Below are positions 25,665 to 35,458 of a stretch of DNA of 64,000 nucleotides, in pieces (within the stretch, counting starts at the first letter, position 1; the number at the start of each line of letters is the position of its first letter). Made by a program: the position numbers and the translations under genes. Below the pieces are notes generated by a model that saw only the letters and a list, made by a program, of their open reading frames with translations, was not told the DNA's origin and ran no database searches. The stretch comes from Anaerolineae bacterium (GTDB lineage Bacteria; Chloroflexota; Anaerolineae; Aggregatilineales; Phototrophicaceae). The DNA lies in NCBI GenBank assembly GCA_022824565.1, contig JAJDZQ010000120.1:74445-138444 (forward strand), written 5' to 3'.

Positions 25665-27422
25665 ATGCCGGGACAATCCACACAGCAAGCCACCATCCAT
25701 GCGCGCCTGCCCATCGTGGCGCTCTTTCTGATCTTCCTGGCCAGCTTGCTCATCATCCATTTGGCGAACTTTCAGTTCTTCCCGCGGTCGGTGCGGCAAG
25801 AGCTGGAGCGCATCGGCAGCTCGATCACCAATACGACCCTGCGCATCCCGGCTGAACGCGGCATGATTTATGACCGTGATGGCGAGCCGCTGACCTTCAA
25901 CATTATGCAATATCGACTCGGAGTCAGCCCCGACCTGGTCTTTGATGCCGAGACTTTGATGAAGCAATTGTCCGTGATCCTGGATATGGATGAAGTAGAG
26001 CTTTACTTCCGACTGACCAGCGAGAATGTTTGGGAGTTTGTGGCGGGACCCATCTCGGCTGAGCAGGGCCAGGCGGTTGCAGAGCTGGACGACATATCGC
26101 TGGGCTTGGAAGAGATACCCAGGCGCTTTTATCCACAAGGCAGCCTGGCCGCGCATGTCATCGGCATCGTATTGGACGACGGGCTAATCGGCACCCTGGG
26201 CGTGGAAGGCGCATACAACAGCACATTGGCGGGCCGGGTGATGGATTTGTCGGTCAGCAATGTGCCTTTCGACTTGCCCGAAGACCGGCCTGCCGAACAG
26301 CGCGGGCAAGATATCGTGCTGACGCTCGACCGCGATGTGCAATTCTGGATGGAAGTCGAGCTGGAGCAGGCAGTCCGGGAAAATGGCGCCTTCCGCGGCA
26401 GCATCATTGTCATGGATCCGCGCAATGGCGAAGTGCTGGCGCTGGCGAATTATCCTTCTTTTGACCCCAACCGCTTCCTGGAAATCACCGATCCCAATCT
26501 GCTCATCAATCCGGCTGTGCAAGAGACCTATGAACCGGGCTCGCTCATGCAGGTGCTGACGGCGGCGACAGCGCTGGAAAGTGGCGCCATCACCTCGCAA
26601 TGGAGCTATAATGATGTCGGTTTGATCGAGATCGGCGGGCGCGAGTTTCGCAATCGCTTTTTTCGAGCGCACGGCACTGTCGATATCGCCGGCGTGCTGG
26701 CGCAATCGCTGCATGTGGGCAGCGCAACCATGGCGCTGGAAATGGGCGAAGAAGCATTCTACAACGGCTTGCGGGCATTTGGCCTCGGGCAAGCGACGGG
26801 CGTGGGCTTGTTCAACGAAGAGCAGGGCGAGCTGCGTCTGCGGGGCGATACCGGCTGGAGCGAAAGCGCTTTTGGGCTGAATAGCTATGGACAAGATCTG
26901 CAAGTCACTCAGATGCAGATGATCACCGCCTTCGCGGCCATCGCCAACGACGGCATCATGCGTCAACCGCATATCGTCCGCCAGGTGATTAGCGAAGAAG
27001 GACCCAAAGACGCGCGGCACAGCACAGTCCGGCGCGTGCTTTCGACAGAAACCGCCACCATTCTCAAAAATTTGCTGGTGCGCACAGTGCGCGAAGGCGC
27101 TCCCGAAGCCTATATGCCCAATTACACCGTGGCTGGCAAACCGGGCACCGCCCAGATCAACACCGCCATCGGTTATGAGACAGGACCGAACTCCTCGATC
27201 GTATCCTTCATCGGTTTTTTGCCGGCTGACGCGCCAGAAGTGGTGGCGATGGTCAAGCTGGACAGACCCGACGACTTTTTCGGTTTTGAAGTGGCTGCGC
27301 CGGTCTTCAGACGCATCGCCGACCGGCTGGTTATTCTGCTCGAGATCCCGGACGACGCGGTTCGGCAGGAGCTGCAAGCGGTCGAAGCCCGCCTGCGCGC
27401 GTCCCAGACGGAGCAAGGCTAG
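25665..27422 (+). CDS. ftsI: class B penicillin-binding protein (FtsI homolog) with non-canonical catalytic motifs
   Basis: N-terminal TM, PBP dimerisation and transpeptidase-fold regions align by eye to E. coli FtsI. The motif positions read EPGSLMQ, QSLHVG and GKPGTA instead of SxxK, SxN and K(T/S)G. Confidence 0.85.
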   Translation: MPGQSTQQATIHARLPIVALFLIFLASLLIIHLANFQFFPRSVRQELERIGSSITNTTLRIPAERGMIYDRDGEPLTFNIMQYRLGVSPDLVFDAETLMKQLSVILDMDEVELYFRLTSENVWEFVAGPISAEQGQAVAELDDISLGLEEIPRRFYPQGSLAAHVIGIVLDDGLIGTLGVEGAYNSTLAGRVMDLSVSNVPFDLPEDRPAEQRGQDIVLTLDRDVQFWMEVELEQAVRENGAFRGSIIVMDPRNGEVLALANYPSFDPNRFLEITDPNLLINPAVQETYEPGSLMQVLTAATALESGAITSQWSYNDVGLIEIGGREFRNRFFRAHGTVDIAGVLAQSLHVGSATMALEMGEEAFYNGLRAFGLGQATGVGLFNEEQGELRLRGDTGWSESAFGLNSYGQDLQVTQMQMITAFAAIANDGIMRQPHIVRQVISEEGPKDARHSTVRRVLSTETATILKNLLVRTVREGAPEAYMPNYTVAGKPGTAQINTAIGYETGPNSSIVSFIGFLPADAPEVVAMVKLDRPDDFFGFEVAAPVFRRIADRLVILLEIPDDAVRQELQAVEARLRASQTEQG

Positions 27423-27424
27423 CT

Positions 27425-28450
27425 ATGGAAAGCCAACTGCCACTGGCGCTCAGCATTGGCGCTGCGACATTCGTGCTCGGCATGATCTGGGGCGGTCCTT
27501 TCATTGCCATCCTGCGCCTGTTGAAGATCGGCAAGCAGATCCGCCCCGAGCTGCAAGACAGCAGCCACATCAACAAAGTCGGCACGCCGACCATGGGCGG
27601 CATCATGATCATCGTGCCGGCGATCTTGTTTTCGCTGGCGCTGAACTTGTCGCGCATCGTCGAAGAAGGCAGCGGTCGCAGCATCTTGCTGCCGCTATTC
27701 GTATTGATCGGCTTCGCGCTGCTGGGATTGATCGACGATTGGGCGGGCATCCAGACTTCGCGCGGTAACCTGGGAGAGGGGCTTTCGGGTCGGGTCAAGT
27801 TCGCTTTTCAGATCATCCTGGCGCTTTTTGCCTCGACCGTGATGTCGCATTTTGAATTCTCTTTCGCCAATTCTTTGACCCTGCCTTTGTTGCAAGTTAC
27901 TGTCCCGGTGAATCCCGTCATTTTTGTTGTGATTAGCACATTTATCATTGTGGCCAGTTCCAATGCGACCAATCTAACCGATGGGCTGGATGGCTTGGCG
28001 GGCCTCATCACTGCCAGCGCCTACGCCGCGTATGGCGTCATCGCCGTCCTGCAAAATCAGATTTTCGTCGCCGAGCTGTGCTTCGTCGTTGTGGGCGCGT
28101 GCTTTGCGTTCTTGTGGTACAACGCGCATCCAGCCCAATTATTCATGGGCGATACCGGCTCGCTCTCGCTGGGGGCGACGCTGGGCGCGGTCGCAGTCAT
28201 GTCGGGGCATTGGCTGCTGCTGCCCATCATTGCCATTGTGCCCGTGGCCGAGATCCTCAGCGTGATTATCCAGGTGACTTCTGCCAAGATCACGCGGCGC
28301 TTTTATGGCGTCGACTGGCGGCCCTTTTTGCGCACGCCCATCCATCATCACTTCGAGCTACTGGGCTGGAGCGAGATGCGCATCGTGCAACGTTTTTGGC
28401 TGATCGCGATATTGAGCGCGTTCGTCGGCGTGGCGCTGGCGTTGCTCTGA
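27425..28450 (+). CDS. mraY: phospho-N-acetylmuramoyl-pentapeptide transferase
   Basis: NATNLTDGLDGLAG and FMGDTGSLSLG motifs. Confidence 0.93.
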   Translation: MESQLPLALSIGAATFVLGMIWGGPFIAILRLLKIGKQIRPELQDSSHINKVGTPTMGGIMIIVPAILFSLALNLSRIVEEGSGRSILLPLFVLIGFALLGLIDDWAGIQTSRGNLGEGLSGRVKFAFQIILALFASTVMSHFEFSFANSLTLPLLQVTVPVNPVIFVVISTFIIVASSNATNLTDGLDGLAGLITASAYAAYGVIAVLQNQIFVAELCFVVVGACFAFLWYNAHPAQLFMGDTGSLSLGATLGAVAVMSGHWLLLPIIAIVPVAEILSVIIQVTSAKITRRFYGVDWRPFLRTPIHHHFELLGWSEMRIVQRFWLIAILSAFVGVALALL

Positions 28451-28464
28451 GCCTGGGCGGGGGT

Positions 28465-29874
28465 ATGAGCGGACGCGATTATCTGGCCGGCAAACGTGTC
28501 GTCATCTTTGGCTTTGGCCGACAGGGACGCGCCCTGGCTCGCTGGTTGCCCACAGTTGGCGCGGATGTGGTTGTCACCGACAGTCGCAGCGCCCGGGAAT
28601 TGGCTGTGCGCCGCCGCGACTGGAAAAGTGTGCGCTTTTATCTGGGCGGACACCCGGAAGATGTGCTGTTTGGCGCGCGTTTGATCTGCGTTTCTGGGGG
28701 TGTGCCGCTGGACTTGCCCCTGCTGGTCGAGGCGCGCGAGCACGGCATCCCCCTAAGCAACGATGCCCAGCTCTTCCTGGAGCGCTGCCCGGCGCCCGTC
28801 ATCGGCATCACTGGCAGCGCTGGCAAGACGACGACCGCCTCGCTGGTGGCAGCTATCCTGCGGCAAGCTGGCTACACCGTCTGGCTGGGCGGCAATATCG
28901 GCAATCCCCTGCTCGAGGACCTGGCGAAGATCAAGCCGATGGACATCGTCGTCATGGAGCTTTCCAGTTTTCAGCTGGAGTTGATGGGCAGCTCGCCACC
29001 GGTCGCTGCCATTTTGAATTTGACACCGAATCACCTCGATCGGCATGGCAGCCTGGACAAATACGCCGCTGCCAAGTCGAACATATTGCGGCATCAACGC
29101 AAGCAGGATGTGGCGGTTCTTTGTCAGGACGACACAGGCAGCCAGCCTTTCGCGCCGTTGGTGGCTGGCGAATCCCTGCGCTTCAGCAGCTACGAAATGG
29201 TTGCGAATGGTGCCTTTATGCTGGGCAACCGGCTGTTGGTTGCGGGCGCGGCCAGTTTTGATGGCGCGGCGCATGTGGTTTGTCGGCGAGACGATATCTC
29301 GCTGCGCGGCGATCACAATGTGTCGAATGTGCTGGCGGCCTGCGCGATCACCGGCGGCATGGGCTTGGCGACCGACCGTCCCGGCATCGCGCCAGAGGTG
29401 ATGCGCGCCGCCATTCGCGACTTTCGTCCGGTGGCGCATCGGCTGGAAATCGTGCGCAGGCAAAATGGCGTCAGCTGGGTCAATGACAGCATCGCCACCG
29501 CGCCAGAACGACTGCACGCAGCCCTGAAAAGCTACGACGAGCCACTGATATTGCTGATCGGCGGGGCAGACAAAGACCTGCCCTGGCAAGCGGCGTTGCA
29601 AGTTGCCCTGCGCAAGGCAAAGCATATCGTCGTCTTTGGAGAAGAGGGAGAAAAGCAGGTTGCCTCAAAGGTGATGCCCTTGCTCAGCTTGCTGCATCCG
29701 CGCCAGGGACAAGTGCTGCGCGCCGACACCTTGGCCGCTGCGGTCGAATGCGCGGCGCGGGTGGCGCTGGCGGGCGATGTTGTGCTGCTTTCGCCTGGCG
29801 GCACCAGTTATGACGTCTATGCAGATTTCGCCGAGCGCGGAAATCACTTTCGCCAGTTGGTAACTCAACTATAA
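28465..29874 (+). CDS. murD: UDP-N-acetylmuramoylalanine--D-glutamate ligase
   Basis: MSGRDYLAGKRVVIFGFGRQGRA N-terminus and GITGSAGKTTT P-loop. The track ORF start (28078) lies inside mraY. Confidence 0.9.
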   Translation: MSGRDYLAGKRVVIFGFGRQGRALARWLPTVGADVVVTDSRSARELAVRRRDWKSVRFYLGGHPEDVLFGARLICVSGGVPLDLPLLVEAREHGIPLSNDAQLFLERCPAPVIGITGSAGKTTTASLVAAILRQAGYTVWLGGNIGNPLLEDLAKIKPMDIVVMELSSFQLELMGSSPPVAAILNLTPNHLDRHGSLDKYAAAKSNILRHQRKQDVAVLCQDDTGSQPFAPLVAGESLRFSSYEMVANGAFMLGNRLLVAGAASFDGAAHVVCRRDDISLRGDHNVSNVLAACAITGGMGLATDRPGIAPEVMRAAIRDFRPVAHRLEIVRRQNGVSWVNDSIATAPERLHAALKSYDEPLILLIGGADKDLPWQAALQVALRKAKHIVVFGEEGEKQVASKVMPLLSLLHPRQGQVLRADTLAAAVECAARVALAGDVVLLSPGGTSYDVYADFAERGNHFRQLVTQL

Positions 29875-29900
29875 TGATGCGCGCGGGATAGAGGAGAGCG

Positions 29901-31226
29901 ATGAGCGAGCAAACCAGCCCCGATGCGCGGTATCGGCGATTGCGGCGCAGGCTGCGACAACGCAGAGGCGTGCCCCTGGATAGTGGCGCCGGTCGTCCGC
30001 GCCGATTCTATCTGCCCCGCCAGCGCTTCCTGAACGCTTTTGACCGGCCGCTGCTGGCGATCGTGCTGCTGTTGCTTATCATTGGCTCGTTGATGGTCTT
30101 CAGCGCGACATTCGACTGGAGTCGCGCGACTTATGGAACAGCCAGCGGCTTCTTTGTTGAAGAGCACTTGCGCAATATCGGCTGGGCAATTTGGTGGATG
30201 TTTGTGTTCGCGCTGGTGGATTATCGCTTTTGGAAGCGATTTGCTGTCTGGCTGCTGCTGTTTACGATTGTTGCGCTGGCGGCGGTGCTGTTCGTTGGCG
30301 AAGAAGTGTTTGGCGCGCGACGTTCTTTTTCGGCGGGCCGCTTCCAGCCCGGAGAATTGGCAGAATTCGCCATTGTGCTCTATCTGGCGGCTTGGCTGGG
30401 CTCCAAGCGAACCCGGCCCGCCAGTTTGTTGTTTGGCTTGGCGCCTTTTTTGATTGTCGTAGGCGTGGTGGGTTTTCTCATCGTTCAGCAGCCAGATCTG
30501 AGTTCGGCTGCCATCGTCGTGTTGACAGCGGGCGCGATCTATTTTGTGGCTGGCGCGAACATTTTTCATCTGGCTGCCATTGGCGCGTTGTCGAGCAGCG
30601 TCGCGCTATTTATGCTGCAAGTCTTTCCCTATGCCCAGCGGCGGGTCGATAACTTCTTGGCCGGGCTGAGCGATCTGACACTGGCCGAATACCATACCTT
30701 GCAAGCCATCACGGCATTTTTGCGCGGCGGCTGGTTCGGCGTCGGCGTCGGACAATCCCAGCAGAAGTTTGGCGCGCTGCCCGCCCCGCACACCGACAGC
30801 ATCTTTGCGGTGATTGGCGAGGAGCTGGGCGTATTGGGCGCTGCGGTTGTCGTTACGCTATTTATCTGTTTTGCCATTCGCGGCTTCCAGTTGGCGCGGC
30901 GGGCAAAAGACGATTTTGGCGCTTTGCTGTGCGTGGGCTTTACCTCTTGGGTGATCATCCAGGCGCTGCTGAATATCGCCGTGATGACGGGCGCGATTCC
31001 ATCGACGGGCGTCCCGCTGCCATTCATCAGCTTCGGCGGATCGTCCTTGACTGTGGTGATGATCGGCGTAGGCTTGATGCTCAGCGTACAGCGGGTGGCG
31101 ACACGCCGCATACCTATCTCGGAACGGAGAAGCGAGCTTGCGAATACTGATCGGGGCGGGCGGCACCGGCGGTCATATTTATCCCGCGCTGGCGACAGCC
31201 CAGGCTCTGCTGAGCGCGGGGGCTGA
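29901..31226 (+). CDS. ftsW: SEDS family peptidoglycan glycosyltransferase FtsW
   Basis: Polytopic, with the PLPFISFGGSSL motif. The C-terminal tail overlaps murG by 89 nt. Confidence 0.88.
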   Translation: MSEQTSPDARYRRLRRRLRQRRGVPLDSGAGRPRRFYLPRQRFLNAFDRPLLAIVLLLLIIGSLMVFSATFDWSRATYGTASGFFVEEHLRNIGWAIWWMFVFALVDYRFWKRFAVWLLLFTIVALAAVLFVGEEVFGARRSFSAGRFQPGELAEFAIVLYLAAWLGSKRTRPASLLFGLAPFLIVVGVVGFLIVQQPDLSSAAIVVLTAGAIYFVAGANIFHLAAIGALSSSVALFMLQVFPYAQRRVDNFLAGLSDLTLAEYHTLQAITAFLRGGWFGVGVGQSQQKFGALPAPHTDSIFAVIGEELGVLGAAVVVTLFICFAIRGFQLARRAKDDFGALLCVGFTSWVIIQALLNIAVMTGAIPSTGVPLPFISFGGSSLTVVMIGVGLMLSVQRVATRRIPISERRSELANTDRGGRHRRSYLSRAGDSPGSAERGG

Positions 31227-32241
31227 GGCGCACGAGCTGCATTTTGTCGGCGCGGTCGGTGGCATGGAAAGCAAGCTGGTGGCAGCCGCGGGGCTGGGCT
31301 TTGCCGGCTATCACGAAGTGCTGGCGGGTCCCGTACACGGGGTCAATCCACTGCGCATGAGCAGCAGCCTGCTGAAACTGGTGGCGGGCACGGGGCAATC
31401 GCTGGGCTTGCTGCGGCGAATCCAACCCCAGGTCATCTTGCTGACAGGTGGCTGGGCGAACTTGCCTGTGGCGCTGGCGGCAAAGCTGTACCGCATCCCC
31501 ATTGTGATCTACTTGCCCGATATCGAGCCCGGTTTGACCATCAAGGTCTTGCGACGGCTGGCGCACGCAATCGCCGTTACCGCTGCGCCATCCCTTGCCT
31601 TCTTCCCTGACGGCAAAGCGGTGGTGACCGGTTATCCATTGCAAACCGACCGGCTGTGCGCAGACCGCGATCAGGCTCGCGCGCATTTTGGGCTGGACCC
31701 CGACCACAAAACATTGCTGGTCTTCGGTGGCAGCCGCGGCGCACGCAGCATCAACCTGGCGCTGGGCAACAGCTTGGGACGTCTGCTGGCGGCGGACCTG
31801 CAAATCATTCATATCACTGGCCAGCTGGACTGGCAGCGCGCTCAGCAGCAGTTGGGCGACCTGGCCGGGCATCCGCATTATCACGCTTTCGCCTATTTGC
31901 ATGCAGAGATGGGCTTGGCTTTTGCCGCGGCCGACCTGGCGATCTGCCGCGCGGGCGCCAGCACCCTCGCCGAACTGCCGGCTTTTGGTTTGCCAGCCAT
32001 TTTGGTGCCCTACCCCTACGCGTGGCGTTACCAGAAAGTGAATGCCGATTACCTCAGCCAGCGGGGCGCGGGCCTGCGGCTCGACGATGAAGACATGCGC
32101 TCAAAGCTGGGCGACCTGGTTTTGCAGCTGCTCAACGACGAGGCGCGCCTGGCGGAGCTGCGGGCAAATTCGCGCGCGTTGGCAAATCGGGACGGCGCGG
32201 ACAATGTGGCGAAGCTGCTACTAAAGACGGGCAGGGACTGA
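31138..32241 (+). CDS. murG: UDP-GlcNAc:lipid I N-acetylglucosaminyltransferase
   Basis: GGTGGHIYPALA motif. TTG start with GGAGAA 6 nt upstream. Confidence 0.9.
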   Translation: MRILIGAGGTGGHIYPALATAQALLSAGAEAHELHFVGAVGGMESKLVAAAGLGFAGYHEVLAGPVHGVNPLRMSSSLLKLVAGTGQSLGLLRRIQPQVILLTGGWANLPVALAAKLYRIPIVIYLPDIEPGLTIKVLRRLAHAIAVTAAPSLAFFPDGKAVVTGYPLQTDRLCADRDQARAHFGLDPDHKTLLVFGGSRGARSINLALGNSLGRLLAADLQIIHITGQLDWQRAQQQLGDLAGHPHYHAFAYLHAEMGLAFAAADLAICRAGASTLAELPAFGLPAILVPYPYAWRYQKVNADYLSQRGAGLRLDDEDMRSKLGDLVLQLLNDEARLAELRANSRALANRDGADNVAKLLLKTGRD

Positions 32242-32245
32242 CAAG

Positions 32246-33622
32246 ATGCTCGAGGCTGGGCAGCGCATACATCTAATTGGCATTGGCGGAGCGGGCTTGT
32301 CGGCGATCGCGCGGATCTTGCTGGGGCGCGGATTGCGTGTGAGCGGCTCGGACAGTCGCAAAAGCGCAATCACGCTGGCGCTGGCAAAAGAGGGCGCGCG
32401 AGTCGAGATTGGGCACGCTGCCGACTTTGTCTTGGGCGCGGATGCTGTCTTGGCGACATCGGCTGTGCCCGACGACCACATCGAGGTGGCTGCGGCGCGG
32501 GCTGTGGGCATTCCTGTCTATCGGCGGCGGCAATTCATGCGCGCGTTGCTGGGCGGCTTCGCTACCCTGGCGGTGGCCGGCGCTCACGGCAAAACCACCA
32601 CGACGGCCATGTTGACGCACATTCTGCGCTGCGCCGGGCAAGACCCCAGCTACATAGTCGGCGGGACCCTGGGCAACACGGGCAGCAATGCGGCTTTCGG
32701 CAGCGGCGAGGACTTCGTCATTGAAGCCGATGAATATGACAATATGTTCCTCGGCTTGTCGCCAGACCTGGCTATCATTACCAATATTGAGCACGATCAT
32801 CCAGATTTCTTCGCCACTTTCGAAGATGTCCGGTCCGCTTTCAGCCGATTTGCCGCGTTGCTCGGGTCCGCTGGTTTGTTAATCGCCTGCGCAGACAACC
32901 CGCCGGCTCTGGAACTGGCGGTCGCGCGGCGGGCGCAAGGCAGACCAGCCCTCACCTATGGCATCGACTGCGCATCAGCAGACTGGCGAGCGGTCGAACT
33001 GCGCTTCGCAGACCTGGGCAGCCAATTCACCGTGCGGCAGGCTGGCCTGGTGCGCGGGCAGGCGCGGCTGGGATTGCCCGGCCGGCACAATGTGCTCAAT
33101 GCGCTGGCGGCGCTGGTGGCAGCCAACCATCGAGGCGTCAGCATCGAGCGAGGCGCAGAGGCTTTGGCGGGATTCATCGGCGCGGGGCGGCGCTTCGAGC
33201 TGCGTGGCGAGCGCGACGGCATCGCTGTCATCGATGACTACGCGCATCATCCGACAGCCATTCAAGCCAATCTGGAAGCGGCGCGGCGCAGCTACCCACA
33301 GCGACAGATTTGGGCGATCTGGCAGCCACATACCTACACGCGCATGCAGCAGTTTGCTGCTGAATTTGTCGCAGCATTCGACCAAGCCGACCGCGTCCTG
33401 GTTACGCCGATTTACGCAGCGCGAGAAGAGCCGATCGTGGGCATCAGCAGCCCGAACCTGGCGCAGGCGATCTCTGCGCGTTGCCCTGCCCTGTATGTGC
33501 CTACATTCGCCGCCGCCGCCGAGCTCATCCAAGACGAGGCGCACCGACCAGCAGCCGTCCTGATATTCAGCGCGGGCGACGCCAACCATATCGCCGAGCT
33601 GCTCTTGGGCGATGACACATGA
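32246..33622 (+). CDS. murC: UDP-N-acetylmuramate--L-alanine ligase
   Basis: IHLIGIGGAGLSAIA and GAHGKTTTTAM motifs. Confidence 0.92.
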   Translation: MLEAGQRIHLIGIGGAGLSAIARILLGRGLRVSGSDSRKSAITLALAKEGARVEIGHAADFVLGADAVLATSAVPDDHIEVAAARAVGIPVYRRRQFMRALLGGFATLAVAGAHGKTTTTAMLTHILRCAGQDPSYIVGGTLGNTGSNAAFGSGEDFVIEADEYDNMFLGLSPDLAIITNIEHDHPDFFATFEDVRSAFSRFAALLGSAGLLIACADNPPALELAVARRAQGRPALTYGIDCASADWRAVELRFADLGSQFTVRQAGLVRGQARLGLPGRHNVLNALAALVAANHRGVSIERGAEALAGFIGAGRRFELRGERDGIAVIDDYAHHPTAIQANLEAARRSYPQRQIWAIWQPHTYTRMQQFAAEFVAAFDQADRVLVTPIYAAREEPIVGISSPNLAQAISARCPALYVPTFAAAAELIQDEAHRPAAVLIFSAGDANHIAELLLGDDT

Positions 33623-34518
33623 GCGACGGCCTGCTGCGGGCATTCCCAGCCCTCCAGCGCAATCAATCTTTGGCGCGCTTCACAGCAGCCCGGCTGGGCG
33701 GTCTGGCAGATTACCTATACATCGCCAAAGACCCCGCTTACACCGACATCAAGCGCTTGCTGCGCGTAGCATGGGCGCAGGACCTGCCCGTCACGGTCAT
33801 CGGCGGCGGCGCCAATATCCTGGTCGCGGACGCGGGCATTCGCGGGCTGGTAATCGTGAATCGGGCGGCGCGCATCGAGCCTTGCGGGACACGTGTGCAG
33901 GCGGCGGCTGGCACGAGCTTGATCCACCTGGCGCGATTTTGCCATGAACAGGCATTGGGCGGCCTGGAATGGGCGATCGCCGTGCCGGGCACTGTGGGCG
34001 GCGCAGTCGTCAACAATGCCGGTGCGCACGGCAGCGATATCGCCAGCAACTTGTTGCGAGCGCGCGTCGTAGAGCCGGGCAATATAACCTGGCTGGCGGC
34101 GAACGACCTGAAGTATGCCTATCGTCATTCGCTGCTCAAATCTCGGGCAGACCGGCGCTTCTTCGTGCTCGAAGCAGAATTTGCCTTGCAGCGAACAGAT
34201 CGTGAAGCGATCGGCGCGAAGATGGCGCAGCACAATGCCTATCGCCGGCGCACACAGCCGCCTGGAGCCAGCCTGGGCAGCATCTTCAAGAATCCACCTG
34301 GCGATTTCGCTGGCCGGTTGATTGAAGCGGCGGGGTTAAAAGGCGAGCGCCTGGGCGGCGTGCAGGTTTCCCCGCGGCATGCCAACTTCTTCGTCAACCT
34401 GGACGGCGCCGCGACAGCCGCTGATTACTGGCGGCTTATCCGGCTGGTGCAAGCGCGCGTCAAACGAGCGAGTGGCGTGACGCTGGAATTGGAAGTGCAA
34501 CTGCTGGGCGATTGGTGA
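33619..34518 (+). CDS. murB: UDP-N-acetylenolpyruvoylglucosamine reductase
   Basis: GGGANILV FAD-binding segment and SLGSIFKNP motif. Confidence 0.9.
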   Translation: MSDGLLRAFPALQRNQSLARFTAARLGGLADYLYIAKDPAYTDIKRLLRVAWAQDLPVTVIGGGANILVADAGIRGLVIVNRAARIEPCGTRVQAAAGTSLIHLARFCHEQALGGLEWAIAVPGTVGGAVVNNAGAHGSDIASNLLRARVVEPGNITWLAANDLKYAYRHSLLKSRADRRFFVLEAEFALQRTDREAIGAKMAQHNAYRRRTQPPGASLGSIFKNPPGDFAGRLIEAAGLKGERLGGVQVSPRHANFFVNLDGAATAADYWRLIRLVQARVKRASGVTLELEVQLLGDW

Positions 34519-34570
34519 TAAATAGCGCGCCTGTATGTTTGCGCCATTGTTGCGGCAAGTGTAGACTTTA

Positions 34571-35452
34571 ATGCGAAATGAGTTGCAGTTGCCAAAGGCA
34601 ACGGCTGAAAGACGCACAGTGGCGAGTCATGTTCAAACGCAGCAGCGTCAGCCTGAGCGCGCGCCAGGTGTCTTGCACAGGGCAAGACCTGGGAGCGTTC
34701 CCAAACGTCAGATGCTGGTGTACGGCGATGGTAGCGAGAGTTACTTGCAATGGCGGGCAGCCAGCGCCGTGCTGTTCTTGCTGCTGGGCGCTTTGCTGGC
34801 GATATTTTTTATCAGCGATGTATTTTTTGTGCGTTCAATAGTCGTCCGAGGCAACGACCTGATGCCACGCGAAGAGATATTCGCTTATTCCGATATCGCC
34901 GATTTCCACATGTTCTGGCTCGACCCGGCGCAGATACGCGAGAATATTTTGCGCTCGCCATCGATAGCGGATGTGGTCGTCCAATTGGGCTGGCCCCCCG
35001 ACTTGATCACCATTTTGGTCCAAGAGCGGCAGCCAGCCATGATTTGGTCGGACGCGGGCGCAGAAAGCTGGATCGACTTGCAGGGGCGCACCATGCCAGC
35101 CCGAGCCGAGATGCCACATGTGCCGCGCGTGAACCTGGTGAAAGACGACTATGCGGGTTCGCTGCCCAGCGCAGAAGACTTCAATGCCGACATGGTGCTG
35201 GGCGCGCTGCAGCTGATCGAGCGATTGCCGGCCGGCACCAACCTGGACTTTCATCCTGTGCATGGGCTTGGCTGGACCAATGAATATGGCTGGCAAGTGT
35301 GGATGGGCAGGGGTTCGGCGTCAGAAACGAGCGAGAAACTGCAGATGTACGAGGTGCTGGTGGCCGATCTGAACAATCGGGCGGTTGATATCGCCGAGCT
35401 GAATATCGCCAATCCAGACGCGCCATTCTACAGGGTATTGTGGGAGCGATAG
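34571..35452 (+). CDS. ftsQ: cell division protein FtsQ (POTRA)
   Basis: Single TM (AVLFLLLGALLAIFFI) followed by a POTRA-like domain. Positioned before ftsA. The exact start is uncertain. Confidence 0.7.
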   Translation: MRNELQLPKATAERRTVASHVQTQQRQPERAPGVLHRARPGSVPKRQMLVYGDGSESYLQWRAASAVLFLLLGALLAIFFISDVFFVRSIVVRGNDLMPREEIFAYSDIADFHMFWLDPAQIRENILRSPSIADVVVQLGWPPDLITILVQERQPAMIWSDAGAESWIDLQGRTMPARAEMPHVPRVNLVKDDYAGSLPSAEDFNADMVLGALQLIERLPAGTNLDFHPVHGLGWTNEYGWQVWMGRGSASETSEKLQMYEVLVADLNNRAVDIAELNIANPDAPFYRVLWER

Positions 35453-35458
35453 AAGCTG

